Source: a bacterium (GTDB lineage: Bacteria; JADJOY01). From it: a DNA stretch of 64,000 bases. Below, piece after piece: positions 10,480 through 19,955 of the stretch. The position numbers were made by a program, and so were the translations under genes. The first letter of the stretch is position 1, and every line of letters begins with the position of its first letter. The notes below the pieces were generated by a model that saw only the letters and a list, made by a program, of their open reading frames with translations, made no database searches and was not told the DNA's origin. Location of the stretch: assembly GCA_046331705.1 (NCBI GenBank), contig JAXLQJ010000001.1, forward strand, positions 124,001 to 188,000. The letters run 5' to 3'.

Positions 10480-11109
10480 ATGAAATTCGAGTGCGTGAGC
10501 TTCAGCGACGGTGCCGTGATCCCCGATCGCTTCGCCTTCTGCAAGCCCGATCCCGCCACCAAGATCACGCTGAGCGACAACTTCAACCCTGGCTTCCGCT
10601 GGTCGGAGCTGCCGGCCGGCACCAAGAGCCTGGCGCTCATCTGTCACGACTCGGACGTGCCCACCGACCCCAGCCTGGTGAACCAGGAAGGCCAGGTCAT
10701 TCCCGCCTCGCTCGCGCGCACCGACTTCTTCCACTGGCTGCTGATCGAGATGCCCACCAATCGCACGCGCCTGGAGGAAGGCGATCTTTCCCGCTCGGTG
10801 GTGGCGTGTGGCAAGTCGGACTCGTACACCAACCAGGGCGCTCGCCAGGGCATCAACGACTACACCGCCTGGTTCGCCGCCGATCCCAACATGAAAGGCG
10901 ACTACTACGGCTACGACGGCCCCTGCCCGCCGTGGAACGACGAGATCGTCCACCACTACCACTTCACCCTCTACGCCCTGGACACGGCGAGCCTGGACGT
11001 GGACGACCGCTTCACCGGTCCGGAAGCGCTCAAAGCCATCGAGGGTCACGTGCTCGCCAGCGCCCGCATCACCGGCACGTACACGCTCAACCCCAAGCTG
11101 CGCGGGTGA
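10480..11109 (+). CDS. YbhB/YbcL family Raf kinase inhibitor-like (PEBP) protein
   Basis: GTKSLALICHDSDVP, FFHW and YDGPCPPWNDEIVHHYHFTLYALD; GAGGAG RBS. Confidence 0.93.
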   Translation: MKFECVSFSDGAVIPDRFAFCKPDPATKITLSDNFNPGFRWSELPAGTKSLALICHDSDVPTDPSLVNQEGQVIPASLARTDFFHWLLIEMPTNRTRLEEGDLSRSVVACGKSDSYTNQGARQGINDYTAWFAADPNMKGDYYGYDGPCPPWNDEIVHHYHFTLYALDTASLDVDDRFTGPEALKAIEGHVLASARITGTYTLNPKLRG

Positions 11110-11261
11110 GCGTGGGGTGCTGCAGCACCGCGGACGCGACGTCGATCGCCTTCTTCGCGACCCCACACCCCGGCGCCCAGTCAGGGCGCCGGCCGTCCGA
11201 CGCAACCCACCGACTCCCGGCCTGACATCCGAGCAGGTCGCGACGGCTCCCGGAACGCGAC

Positions 11262-12623
11262 TCAGGTCCCGGCGATCGTCATCTCGGAGACGCGGAAGGT
11301 GGGCGAGGCCACGGAGGCTTTGAGGTCGAGATCGTTCCCGACGGCGTCGATTCGTTTCAGGAGCTGGTCGTAGTTGAGCGAGATCGTGATCTCGCTCACG
11401 GGATACGCGAGCTCGCCGTTCTCGATCCAGTAGCCGAAGGCCCCCCGCGAGAAATCACCGGTGACCGCGTTGAAGCCGAAGCCCATCATGCCCGTGACGA
11501 AGAGGCCGCGCGGCGTGCTACGCAGGATCTCGGCCGGCGTCTGGTCGCCCGCGAGCAAGAAGAGGTTGCTGCTCGAGACGCCGTTTCCGCCGGCGCCGCT
11601 GCCGGTGCTCTTCATGCCGAGCTTGCGGGCGCTGTAGACGTCGAGCAGGTACGTCACGAGGCGCCCGCGCTCGACCACGACGTTCTTGCGAGCAGGCAAT
11701 CCGTCGCCGTCGAACGGGCGCGACCCGGGCCCCGCCGCGATGAGCGGATCGTCGACGATCGTGACGAGCTCGCTCGCCACCCGCGTGTCGAGTCGGTCCG
11801 CCAGATAGCTCGAGCGCCGATAGATCGCGTCTCCCATCGCGCAGCCAGCGAACGTGCCGATCATCGAGCGCGCGGCGTCGGCGTCGAAGATCACGGGCGC
11901 CGTCTGGCTCGGCACCTTGCGCGCGCCCAGCAGACGCAGCGTGCGCCGCGCCGCCTCTCGGCCCACGGCCTCCTCGCTCTCGAGCTTCTCGAGCTTGCGG
12001 CCCGCGCTCCAGTAATACGACACCCGGTTCTTGCCGCCCTCGTCGGCAGCCACGGGCTGCACGGTGAGCGAGGCGTACGAGCCGCGGTAGCCGCCGCGGA
12101 ATCCCGTCGACGTGGCCATCGCGAAGGCGCCGCTGGTGCGCCCGAAGCTCGCTCCCTCCGAGTTGGTGATGCGGGCGTCGAGGTCGCGCGCCGCCTTCTC
12201 CGCCCGCCGTGCGCGCTCCACGGCTTCGGCCGCGCGCACCTCACCGCAAGCGGGATCGTAGAGCGAGAGATCGGGGAAAGGCGCTACCGCCAGCTCGGAC
12301 GGATCCGGAAGGCCGGCGAACGGGTCCTCCTGCGCGAGGTCGCAGAGCTCGAGGGCATCGCTCACGATCCGCTCGATGCCCGAGCGCGTCACGTCCGAGG
12401 TGCTTGCGGTGGCGACGCGCTTGCCCTTCGCTGCGCGCACCGAGAGCGAGCGCGTGCCCGCTTCCTCCACCAGCTCGACCTCGCCCATGCGCACTCGCAC
12501 CGACAGGTCCTGGCCGGCGCGCGCCACCACCTTGGCCTCGCTGGCGCCGCGCTCGAGGAGCTTCGCGACCACACCCTCGGCGAGGCCCGCGAGCTCCGTG
12601 ACGGGATCCACCGTGCTCGTCAT
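11262..12623 (-). CDS. pmbA: PmbA/TldE metalloprotease subunit
   Basis: ITNSEGA, SRPFDGDG, GFNAVTGDFSRGAFGYWIENGE; translationally coupled to tldD. Confidence 0.92.
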   Translation of the reverse strand: MTSTVDPVTELAGLAEGVVAKLLERGASEAKVVARAGQDLSVRVRMGEVELVEEAGTRSLSVRAAKGKRVATASTSDVTRSGIERIVSDALELCDLAQEDPFAGLPDPSELAVAPFPDLSLYDPACGEVRAAEAVERARRAEKAARDLDARITNSEGASFGRTSGAFAMATSTGFRGGYRGSYASLTVQPVAADEGGKNRVSYYWSAGRKLEKLESEEAVGREAARRTLRLLGARKVPSQTAPVIFDADAARSMIGTFAGCAMGDAIYRRSSYLADRLDTRVASELVTIVDDPLIAAGPGSRPFDGDGLPARKNVVVERGRLVTYLLDVYSARKLGMKSTGSGAGGNGVSSSNLFLLAGDQTPAEILRSTPRGLFVTGMMGFGFNAVTGDFSRGAFGYWIENGELAYPVSEITISLNYDQLLKRIDAVGNDLDLKASVASPTFRVSEMTIAGT

Positions 12624-14104
12624 GACGCCCTCCCGCCGGCCGCGAGCTGCGTGCCGCCCACCGTCATCGCGCTCACCTTGATGGTCGGGCAGCCCTGGTT
12701 CACGGGCACGCTCTGACCGTCCTTGCCGCACGTCCAGATGCCGTCGGAGAGCGTGAGATCGTTGCCGAGCATGGTCACCTTGCCGAGCGCGTCGGGCCCG
12801 TTCCCGATCAGGTTCACTCCCTTGAGCGGCGCCGTGAGGTGGCCGTCCTCGATCAGGTACGCCTCGGCCAGCGCGAACACGAAGTCACCCGACGCGATGT
12901 CCACCTGCCCGCCGCCGAAGCGGCGCGCGTACACGCCACGCTTGACGCTCTTCACGATCTCGTCGGGCTCGTGCGGCCCGGCCAAGAGCACGGTGTTGGT
13001 CATGCGTGGGATCGGCGCGCAGCGGAAGCTCTCGCGCCGACCGTTGCCGGTCGGCGAGACGCCGAAGTGCTTGGCGCTGAGCGCGTCGTGCATGTAGCCG
13101 GCGAGGATGCCGTTCTCGATGAGCGTGTTGGGCCGCGTGAGGTTGCCTTCGTCGTCGACGTTGATCGAGCCGCGGCTGCCTTCGAGGTCGGCGTTGTCGA
13201 TGATCGTGCACAGGCTCGACGCCACCGACTGCCCGACCCGGCCGGTGTAGTTGCTGGTGCCCTTGCGATTGAAATCGCCTTCGAGCCCGTGGCCCACGGC
13301 CTCGTGGACGAGCACCGCGGAATCCCCCGGCGCGAGCACCACCTCCAGCTCGCCGGCGGGCGCCTCGCGTGCGTCCAGCATCGCGAGGGCCATGCGCACG
13401 GCCTCGCGCGCGTGATCCTCGGGGCTCTTGCCTGGTCGTGCGAAGTACTCGAGCCCGACGCGCCCTCCGCCGCCCGAGCTGCCGCTCTCGCGGCGGCCGT
13501 CCTGGGTGGCGAGCGCGCGCACGCCGAAACGCAGCATCGGCTGCACGTCGCGTGCGAACCAGCCGTCCGAGTTGGCGATCAGGAGCTCGCGGTAGTTCTC
13601 CACCAGCGAGGCCTCCACTCGATCGACGCGCGCATCGGCGGCGCGGGCGGCGGCGTCGGCGCGCACGAGCAGCTCCCGCTTGTCGAGACCGCTGGTCACG
13701 ATCGACGGTGTCGCGACGGCGTAGCGGCTGGGCAACGTGCGCTCGCTCACGCGCACCGGCGCGACCGCGTCGCCGTTGGCGATCTCCGCCGCCGTCTCCG
13801 CCGCGCGCACCAGCGCTTCCCACGACAGGTCCTCGGTGTAGGCGTAGCCGGCTGCATCGCCGCGGCGCACGCGGAAGCCGACGCCCAGCGAGACGCTGCG
13901 CGAGGCCGATTTCACGATGCCTTCCTCGAGGCCCATCGAGGCGCTGGTGGAGATCTCGGCGAAGAGATCGGCGGAATCACCGCCACGGCGCAACGCCGCA
14001 GCGAGCAGCTTGCGGCAGCGCTCGGCGTCGAGCTCGAACGGGCCGCCGGGCGCGAACGGCGCGCGCAAGCTCTCGAGCGAAGGAGCAGCAGGGGTGGAAG
14101 ACAT
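12620..14104 (-). CDS. tldD: TldD metalloprotease subunit
   Basis: HEAVGHGLEGDFNRKG, PRMTNT and CGKDGQSVPV motifs. Confidence 0.95.
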   Translation of the reverse strand: MSSTPAAPSLESLRAPFAPGGPFELDAERCRKLLAAALRRGGDSADLFAEISTSASMGLEEGIVKSASRSVSLGVGFRVRRGDAAGYAYTEDLSWEALVRAAETAAEIANGDAVAPVRVSERTLPSRYAVATPSIVTSGLDKRELLVRADAAARAADARVDRVEASLVENYRELLIANSDGWFARDVQPMLRFGVRALATQDGRRESGSSGGGGRVGLEYFARPGKSPEDHAREAVRMALAMLDAREAPAGELEVVLAPGDSAVLVHEAVGHGLEGDFNRKGTSNYTGRVGQSVASSLCTIIDNADLEGSRGSINVDDEGNLTRPNTLIENGILAGYMHDALSAKHFGVSPTGNGRRESFRCAPIPRMTNTVLLAGPHEPDEIVKSVKRGVYARRFGGGQVDIASGDFVFALAEAYLIEDGHLTAPLKGVNLIGNGPDALGKVTMLGNDLTLSDGIWTCGKDGQSVPVNQGCPTIKVSAMTVGGTQLAAGGRAS

Positions 14105-14267
14105 GATCGAAAGGTCCTCGGGTGGGTGCGGAGGGACGAGAGAGGCCCACTGTGGCGGGAGCTGAAACGATCCCGCCCGGCGAGCGACCGTAGCTTAGCG
14201 TGCCGATCGGACCCCCGCCGGCGCGCGGTCGAGCTCGACGCACACCTCACTCGGATCGGAGGTCCTC

Positions 14268-14759
14268 GTGAATCGCATCGTCATGCGCATCGTCATCGCA
14301 CCGCTCGTCTCGCTCGGGGTCGCGCTACCGGCGGCAGCCGAGGACGTCGGCGCCAAGAAGGCGCTCACCCTCGACGGCGCGCGCAAGGTCATCGCCGCGG
14401 GCATCGGTTTCGCGAAGCGCAACGAGACCACGGGCGTCATCGCGGTCGTGGACGACGGCGGCAACCTGGTGGCCCTCGAGCGCATCGACGGCACCTTCCC
14501 GGCGGGCGCCAACGTCTCGATCGGCAAGGCGCGCACGGCAGCGCTCTTCAAGAAGCCCACCTCGGTGTTCGAGAAGATCGTGAACGACGGTCGCACGGCG
14601 ATGACCGCACTTCCCGACTTCACGCCACTTCAGGGCGGCGTGCCGATCGAGGTCGAGGGGCAAATCGTCGGCGCCGTCGGCGTCAGCGGTGCCAAGAGCG
14701 CGGCCCAAGACGAAGAGCTCGCGACCGCCGCGGCGGGGGCGCTCGTCTCCGCGAAGTGA
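14268..14759 (+). CDS. GlcG/HbpS family heme-binding protein, secreted
   Basis: IAVVDDGGNL, KARTAA, GGVPI...VGAVGVSG; signal peptide. Confidence 0.9.
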   Translation: MNRIVMRIVIAPLVSLGVALPAAAEDVGAKKALTLDGARKVIAAGIGFAKRNETTGVIAVVDDGGNLVALERIDGTFPAGANVSIGKARTAALFKKPTSVFEKIVNDGRTAMTALPDFTPLQGGVPIEVEGQIVGAVGVSGAKSAAQDEELATAAAGALVSAK

Positions 14760-14964
14760 GCGCGCCCGCGATCCCGGTCGCGCCGACGCCAAGCCAGCTC
14801 GCCGTTTCGCGCGAGGCTGACATCCGCGGTACACGGGCGAGCGCGGACTCCGCCTCGAGATCGCGCCACGTCGCTCGTGTGCGCCACACGAGTAGATCCC
14901 CGACCATCGCCGATGCCATGCTTCGGCCCGCGCGGCGCGCGCCGCGCTTTCGGAGGAGGGGATC

Positions 14965-15177
14965 ATGAAAAATCTCGGCATTCTTCTCGGGCTTGCGGGC
15001 TTCGTGATCGCGTGGGGTCTGCTGGGCGCGGCGCAGGCCGGCAAGGTCGGTTACACGTGCAAGGCCGAGGTCGGGCCGATGTGCTTTCTGTGGGAGCGCA
15101 GCGGCGTGGGCAAGGCCCAGGATGCGATCGGCAACATCATCGACAACGCGACCAAATCGAGCAGCGGCAAGGAATGA
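14965..15177 (+). CDS. Small secreted or membrane hypothetical protein (70 aa, 2 Cys)
   Basis: Strong GGAGGAGGGG RBS and hydrophobic N-terminus ending AQA. Confidence 0.7.
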   Translation: MKNLGILLGLAGFVIAWGLLGAAQAGKVGYTCKAEVGPMCFLWERSGVGKAQDAIGNIIDNATKSSSGKE

Positions 15178-15204
15178 TCGTGCCGTCGCGGTGGGAGTGA
15201 GACG

Positions 15205-15705
15205 GTGACCCGCAAGGCACGCGCGTTCGCGCTGACGACGTCGCTGCTCCTGGCGACCGACTGTTCCACCAAGAAGCTCGCCGTCGAGCTGCTGCCGGGC
15301 GTGGGCCGGCCGGTGGACGTCCTGGGCGATCTCGTCCGTCTCACGCTCGCCTTCAACACCCGCGGCGCCACCGGGCTGCCGCTCGGCCGCACGGCGCTGA
15401 TCGCGTTCGGGATCGTGGCGCTCGGCGTGATCGCGTGGCAGTACGCGCAGCTCGCGGGACGTGACGGCCGATCCGCGGCGGCGCTCGGCCTCATCCTGGG
15501 CGGCGCCATCGGCAACCTGATCGACCGCGCCGGCTCCGCTCGCGGCGTCGTCGACTTCATCGACGTCGGCCTCGGTCGCTACCGCTACTTCACGTTCAAC
15601 GTCGCCGACGTGGGAATCGTCGTCGGCGTCGCGTTGCTGTTGTTGAGCGGCGTGCTGCGCGCGCCGGCCGCGGAGTCGCCGCCCACGGCCACGGAGCCCA
15701 CGTGA
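15205..15705 (+). CDS. lspA: Lipoprotein signal peptidase II
   Basis: FNTRGA, GGAIGNLIDR, VVDFI and FNVAD motifs. Confidence 0.92.
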   Translation: MTRKARAFALTTSLLLATDCSTKKLAVELLPGVGRPVDVLGDLVRLTLAFNTRGATGLPLGRTALIAFGIVALGVIAWQYAQLAGRDGRSAAALGLILGGAIGNLIDRAGSARGVVDFIDVGLGRYRYFTFNVADVGIVVGVALLLLSGVLRAPAAESPPTATEPT

Positions 15706-16004
15706 TCGTCGTGCTGTTCTGGTCACGCCTCACGAACGAGGCGGGCGAGGACTACTCCGCGATGGCTAGCGAGATGGTCGAGCGCGCCAAGCACACGGTC
15801 GGCTTCGTCGATTTCAAGAGCTTCGCAGCGCAGGACGGCGAGCGGCTCTCGATCATCCACTGGCAGGACGAAGCCACGATGACGGTTTGGGCCAACGACG
15901 AGCGTCACCGGGTCGCTCGACAGCTCGGCCGCGACAAGTGGTACCAGTATTTCCGCCTCGAGGTCGCCCACGTCACCCGCGGCTGGGACTTCCACCGCGC
16001 CTGA
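15702..16004 (+). CDS. Antibiotic biosynthesis monooxygenase (ABM) family protein
   Basis: GFVDFKSF..DGERLSIIHW..H..AR.LGRDKWY pattern; GTGA overlap with lspA. Confidence 0.85.
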   Translation: MIVVLFWSRLTNEAGEDYSAMASEMVERAKHTVGFVDFKSFAAQDGERLSIIHWQDEATMTVWANDERHRVARQLGRDKWYQYFRLEVAHVTRGWDFHRA

Positions 16005-16032
16005 TCGAGCGTCGCTCGCGCTGCCGAGGTTC

Positions 16033-17250
16033 GTGGCGCTCACCGCCGAGCTCGACGCGCTGCTTCGAGATCTCGGCGGCGGCGACGCCGCGAAGCACGT
16101 CGCAGCGGAAACCGTGGCCCGCGCGCTGGACCGCTTGCTCGTCGACGCGATTGCCGCGCGTCTGGGCATCGCGGACCTCGAGCTCGCGCTCGGTGCGGCA
16201 CGTGGGCTTCATGCCCTTGGTCGTGCGGGCCGCGAGGTGCTGGCGCGGGCGATCTGCGCCGACCTCGACGAGGCCGGTGCCGACGGATGGGCGCTCGCGC
16301 TCGTTGCGCTCGACCCAACGGAGCCAGGGCTCATTGGACCGCTCGTCGCACGTTTCGGGGTGGCGTGGCGCGTCGGGCCGTTCTGCGGCCGCGAGCATCA
16401 GGCGCGGGAGCAATTCGCCGCGTTCTTGCGGTCGATGCATCTCGGCGACCTCGAACGTCTTCTGACCGCGATGTTTCCCGAACCGGGGTTCAGTGATCCC
16501 TACTGGATCGAACAACTCGCACGCGTGCTCGGAGCCGAAGCGATGGTCGAGTTACTCCCCTGGATCGCGAACCGGGCACGCGACGATGGCTGGGACGTCT
16601 TGAGCCTCGGCATGGTGGCCTACGAATGCGCGGGCCCACGGGCCGAAGCGCTCGTGCCGTTGCTCATCGAGCGCGTTTCCGTCACCACGCTCGAGCGGGA
16701 CGGCGCTTTCGAGCTCGTGATCCGTGCGGTCGGACGCGTCGGTGCCGCGGCGGTCCCCGCCGTGCTGGAGTTGCTCGCGAACCGCGACGAGGGATTGCGA
16801 GAAGTGGCGCGAGATTGCCTACGAGCGATGCGCGTTCTCGGACGCACGGCGATCCCGCCGCTCGAGGCGGCGCTCCCGACAGCGAAGGACCCACGATGCC
16901 GCGCCGCCATCGAAAGCGCGCTAGGCCGCGCGCGGGTGGAGCATCATCCCGTCAACGAGCGGGAAGCGCGTGAGCTGCTCGAAGCGATCGAGCGCGGGAG
17001 CCTCGACATCGTGTGCCTCGTGCCGGAGCTTCTCGCCGAGCGCTGCGATCATGCGACCGTCCGCTATCGCACCACGACCGGGTGGCTGCTCGATGTCTAC
17101 GTCCGCTACACGATGCAGTGGCGGCGCCTCAGCCAGATCGTGTCGCCGGACGGGAGAATCGCGAGCGCAGGAAGCGAGCAGATCCGCTGGCTCGGCACCT
17201 ACCACCCCGGCGCCGAGCTGGCGCGGCTGCGGTACGGACTGGATGCGTGA
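16033..17250 (+). CDS. Hypothetical protein with HEAT-like repeats
   Basis: LVPLLIE, AAVPAVLELL and AIPPLEAAL HEAT/PBS-lyase-like helices. Confidence 0.6.
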   Translation: MALTAELDALLRDLGGGDAAKHVAAETVARALDRLLVDAIAARLGIADLELALGAARGLHALGRAGREVLARAICADLDEAGADGWALALVALDPTEPGLIGPLVARFGVAWRVGPFCGREHQAREQFAAFLRSMHLGDLERLLTAMFPEPGFSDPYWIEQLARVLGAEAMVELLPWIANRARDDGWDVLSLGMVAYECAGPRAEALVPLLIERVSVTTLERDGAFELVIRAVGRVGAAAVPAVLELLANRDEGLREVARDCLRAMRVLGRTAIPPLEAALPTAKDPRCRAAIESALGRARVEHHPVNEREARELLEAIERGSLDIVCLVPELLAERCDHATVRYRTTTGWLLDVYVRYTMQWRRLSQIVSPDGRIASAGSEQIRWLGTYHPGAELARLRYGLDA

Positions 17251-17468
17251 GTGATGCGCCACCGCGTACACATCGAGCGAGTCGAGCGAATCGGCGACGG
17301 GCCGGATGGCAGAGCCACCAGCGCCAGGCACGACTGCATCGTGGATCGCAGGCACGCGTCGGCCGATGGCTCGTCGAAGGGCAGCGCTGGGAGGCGCTCG
17401 ACGATCGCGAGCCGAGCGGCGGGGCACGGAGGGGCAAGCCGCCCGCCGTCGTCCGGCGTCCGCAAGCG

Positions 17469-19493
17469 TCAGCGGACGCGAATGGGCGTCGCGCGTAGCG
17501 GGGCGCCGGCATGTGGGTATTGGAAGAACGTGATCTCGCCGGGCGCTGTCGCCACCACGCCCACCTGACCGGGCGAGAGCTCTTGTGGCGGCTTGGCCAC
17601 GTAGGCGCGTTGGTTGCGATTGAGCGGATTGTCCTCGTCGCGATGCTTGGACAGAACCCATGCGACGACCTCCTGCTCGCGAACCAGATCGCCGGCGCCA
17701 GCGCGAGCGGAACGCGTCGCGGGGGCCGCCGCGGCAAGCTGGCGGCGCAACGATTCGGCTTTCCTCATCAGCGCGACCAGCTCGTGTCGCCGCCCCGATC
17801 GATCCGCGCCGACGCTCCGCGCAGCGAGGTCCGCGAGATCGTCGAAGGTCGCGGCCCCCTTGTGCGTGGAGTCGCGTAGCAGCATCCCGAATCCCGCCAC
17901 GGCAGCGGCGAATCGCAGGTCGTCGCTCGCCGAATCGAGCGCACGCCCGTCGTCGACCACGGGCAGCTCGATCTCGTCGCTGGTATCGCCGTCCGGCTCC
18001 TTCCAGCGCAGCTTCACGTCGAGCATCTCGCCCGCGCCGACGTGGTTGGCGTCCACGAGCGGCCGCGGGTAGCGCAGCGGATCGACGCTCGCGGCGCCCA
18101 CAGGAAAGCCGCGCGGAACCACCTCGTAGAGCGCGGTCACGCGGTGCCCGGCACCGATCTCGCCGGCGTCCTTGCGGTCATCGTCGAAGTCTTGCTTCGC
18201 GAGCGTGCGATTCTCGTAGCCGAGGAGCCGGTAGGCCTCCACCACCTCGGGGTTCCATTCGACCTGGATCTTCACGTCCTTGGCGACGGTGACCAGCGTG
18301 CCCATGAGCTCCTCGCTCAGCGCCTTGCGCGCTTCGCTCGGCCCGTCGAGGTAGGCGTAGTTTCCATTCCCCTCGTCTGCGAGCTCCTCGAGCTGAGAGT
18401 CCTTGAGATTCTCGGTTCCCACGCCGAGGACGGTCAGAAACACGCCGCTCCGCGCCTCCTCGCGAATCAGCGCAACGAGCTCGTCTCGGCTGGTGGTGCC
18501 GACGTTGAAGTCGCCGTCGGTCGCGAGGATCACGCGGTTCACTCCACCGGGGACGTAGCTCGCTTTCGCCATCTGATAGGCGAGTCGGATACCCGATGCC
18601 CCGTTCGTCGAGCCGCCTGCAGCGAGGCTGTCGATGGCGCGATCGATCTCGCGATGCTCCGCGCCCGAAGTCGGCGGCAGCGCGAGCCCCGAGGCACCCG
18701 CATAGACCACGATCGCGATGCGGTCGCGAGCGTCGAGCGATTCCACGAGAAGCTTCATCGCGTCTCGAACCAACGGCAGCTTGTCGGGAGGCGCCATCGA
18801 GCCCGATACGTCGAGCAGGAAGACCAAGCTCGCGGCGGCGCGCTCGCGCCGGTCGATCGACTTGGCGCGCAGGCCGAGCCTCACCAAGCGGTGCGCGCTC
18901 GACCACGGCGCGGACGTCACTTCCGTCGAGAGCGCGAACGGCCGGCCGTCGGTCGGCTGCGGGTATGTGTAGTCGAAGTAATTGACGAGCTCTTCGATTC
19001 GCACGGCGCCGCGCGGGGGCAAGCGCCCGTGATCGAGGAAGCGCCGAACGTTGGCATAGGAAGCCGTGTCGACGTCGATCGAGAACGTGGAAAGCGGCTC
19101 GACGCGCGGCGAGACGAATTCGTTCTCGTCGAGCGAGTCGTAGGCCTCGGCGTTTCCAGCCGTCGACGGGAACGGCAGCTGCACGGCCGGGAGCGGCGGC
19201 ACGGCGCTCGGGTCGGTCGCTTGCGAGGCGCGCTGGGCCTCGCGCAGCGCATCGGAATCGACCACTCCAACCGTTCCGGTCCCTCCATGGAGCGCGCCGT
19301 CGAGCTCGTTGGCGACCTCGCCACTCAGCGCCACGTAGAGGTTGTCGCTGGTCGCATGGCGGGCGCTTTCGCGCGCGCCGAGCAGCCGTGGGATCGAGAT
19401 CGCCGCCAGCAGGCAGCCGATGCCGATCGGAACGACCCACAGGAGCACCCGTCCGCCGCCAACCCGACCGGCGCGTCTCGTCGTCGATGCCAT
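17469..19493 (-). CDS. YfbK-type vWA domain protein (vWF_A + VWA + DUF3520) with pilin-like N-terminal helix and extra C-terminal domain
   Basis: STFSIDVDTASY, MIDAS DVSGS, NRVILATDGDFNVG, DAGEIGAGHRVTALYEV; GGGAGGT RBS before ATG 19493. Confidence 0.9.
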   Translation of the reverse strand: MASTTRRAGRVGGGRVLLWVVPIGIGCLLAAISIPRLLGARESARHATSDNLYVALSGEVANELDGALHGGTGTVGVVDSDALREAQRASQATDPSAVPPLPAVQLPFPSTAGNAEAYDSLDENEFVSPRVEPLSTFSIDVDTASYANVRRFLDHGRLPPRGAVRIEELVNYFDYTYPQPTDGRPFALSTEVTSAPWSSAHRLVRLGLRAKSIDRRERAAASLVFLLDVSGSMAPPDKLPLVRDAMKLLVESLDARDRIAIVVYAGASGLALPPTSGAEHREIDRAIDSLAAGGSTNGASGIRLAYQMAKASYVPGGVNRVILATDGDFNVGTTSRDELVALIREEARSGVFLTVLGVGTENLKDSQLEELADEGNGNYAYLDGPSEARKALSEELMGTLVTVAKDVKIQVEWNPEVVEAYRLLGYENRTLAKQDFDDDRKDAGEIGAGHRVTALYEVVPRGFPVGAASVDPLRYPRPLVDANHVGAGEMLDVKLRWKEPDGDTSDEIELPVVDDGRALDSASDDLRFAAAVAGFGMLLRDSTHKGAATFDDLADLAARSVGADRSGRRHELVALMRKAESLRRQLAAAAPATRSARAGAGDLVREQEVVAWVLSKHRDEDNPLNRNQRAYVAKPPQELSPGQVGVVATAPGEITFFQYPHAGAPLRATPIRVR

Positions 19494-19519
19494 CGCGCAC
19501 CTCCCGCGTGCGATGCATC

Positions 19520-19534
19520 GCAACGAGAGTGCCG
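19520..19534 (-). promoter_or_regulatory. sigma54 -24/-12 promoter (CGGCACTCTCGTTGC)
   Basis: GG-N10-GC spacing with GGCAC and TTGC matching the TGGCACG-N4-TTGC consensus, 27 nt upstream of the vWA start. Confidence 0.7.
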
Positions 19535-19724
19535 CGCAACGATCGCGGAAAACTCGCGTGATCTCGGCGTTGCCGCGGCGCTCGCGGCGCTCGGCGATGC
19601 CGACGACGGTAGGCGGCTACCGACCTGCGAATGCCGCTTCCCACCACCGCGGCGTTCGCCGTCGTGGCCACGCTGGAGCACGCGCCGACGTCTCGGGTGG
19701 GCCTCGCTCGCGCGTCGGAGCGGT

Positions 19725-19955
19725 TCAGCAGCAGCGGGGCGCTCGGCCCTTGCGCTCGAAGAAGTCGCGGACGAACTCGCGCTTGGTGACGCGGGGCGGG
19801 TGGCCGGCGGCGCGGCAATGGTCGAGGTAGGCGTCGTAATCGGGCGCGCCCACGACTTGGCGGAAGGCGCGCATCCAGCGGGCGAACCGGCGCTGCCGAG
19901 CAGGTTGCGCTGCGCGCGGGAGCGTGACGTCGTCGTCTGCAACCACGGCCGTCAC
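19725..19955 (-). CDS. YbdD/YjiX family small CstA-associated protein
   Basis: GAPDYDAYLDH...HP...REF...RCC signature; GTGA overlap with the cstA stop. Confidence 0.9.
   Translation of the reverse strand: MTAVVADDDVTLPRAAQPARQRRFARWMRAFRQVVGAPDYDAYLDHCRAAGHPPRVTKREFVRDFFERKGRAPRCC

Noticed and set aside
11262-15177. tldD/pmbA near a small peptide, GNAT and ABM genes as a possible RiPP cluster
   Set aside because: No YcaO, radical SAM, lanthionine synthetase or leader/core precursor; TldDE is usually housekeeping.
19725-19740. TGA after RCC in the YbdD-like protein as selenocysteine
   Set aside because: The family-typical RCC end is already complete with two Cys, so TGA is best read as a stop; no SECIS evidence.
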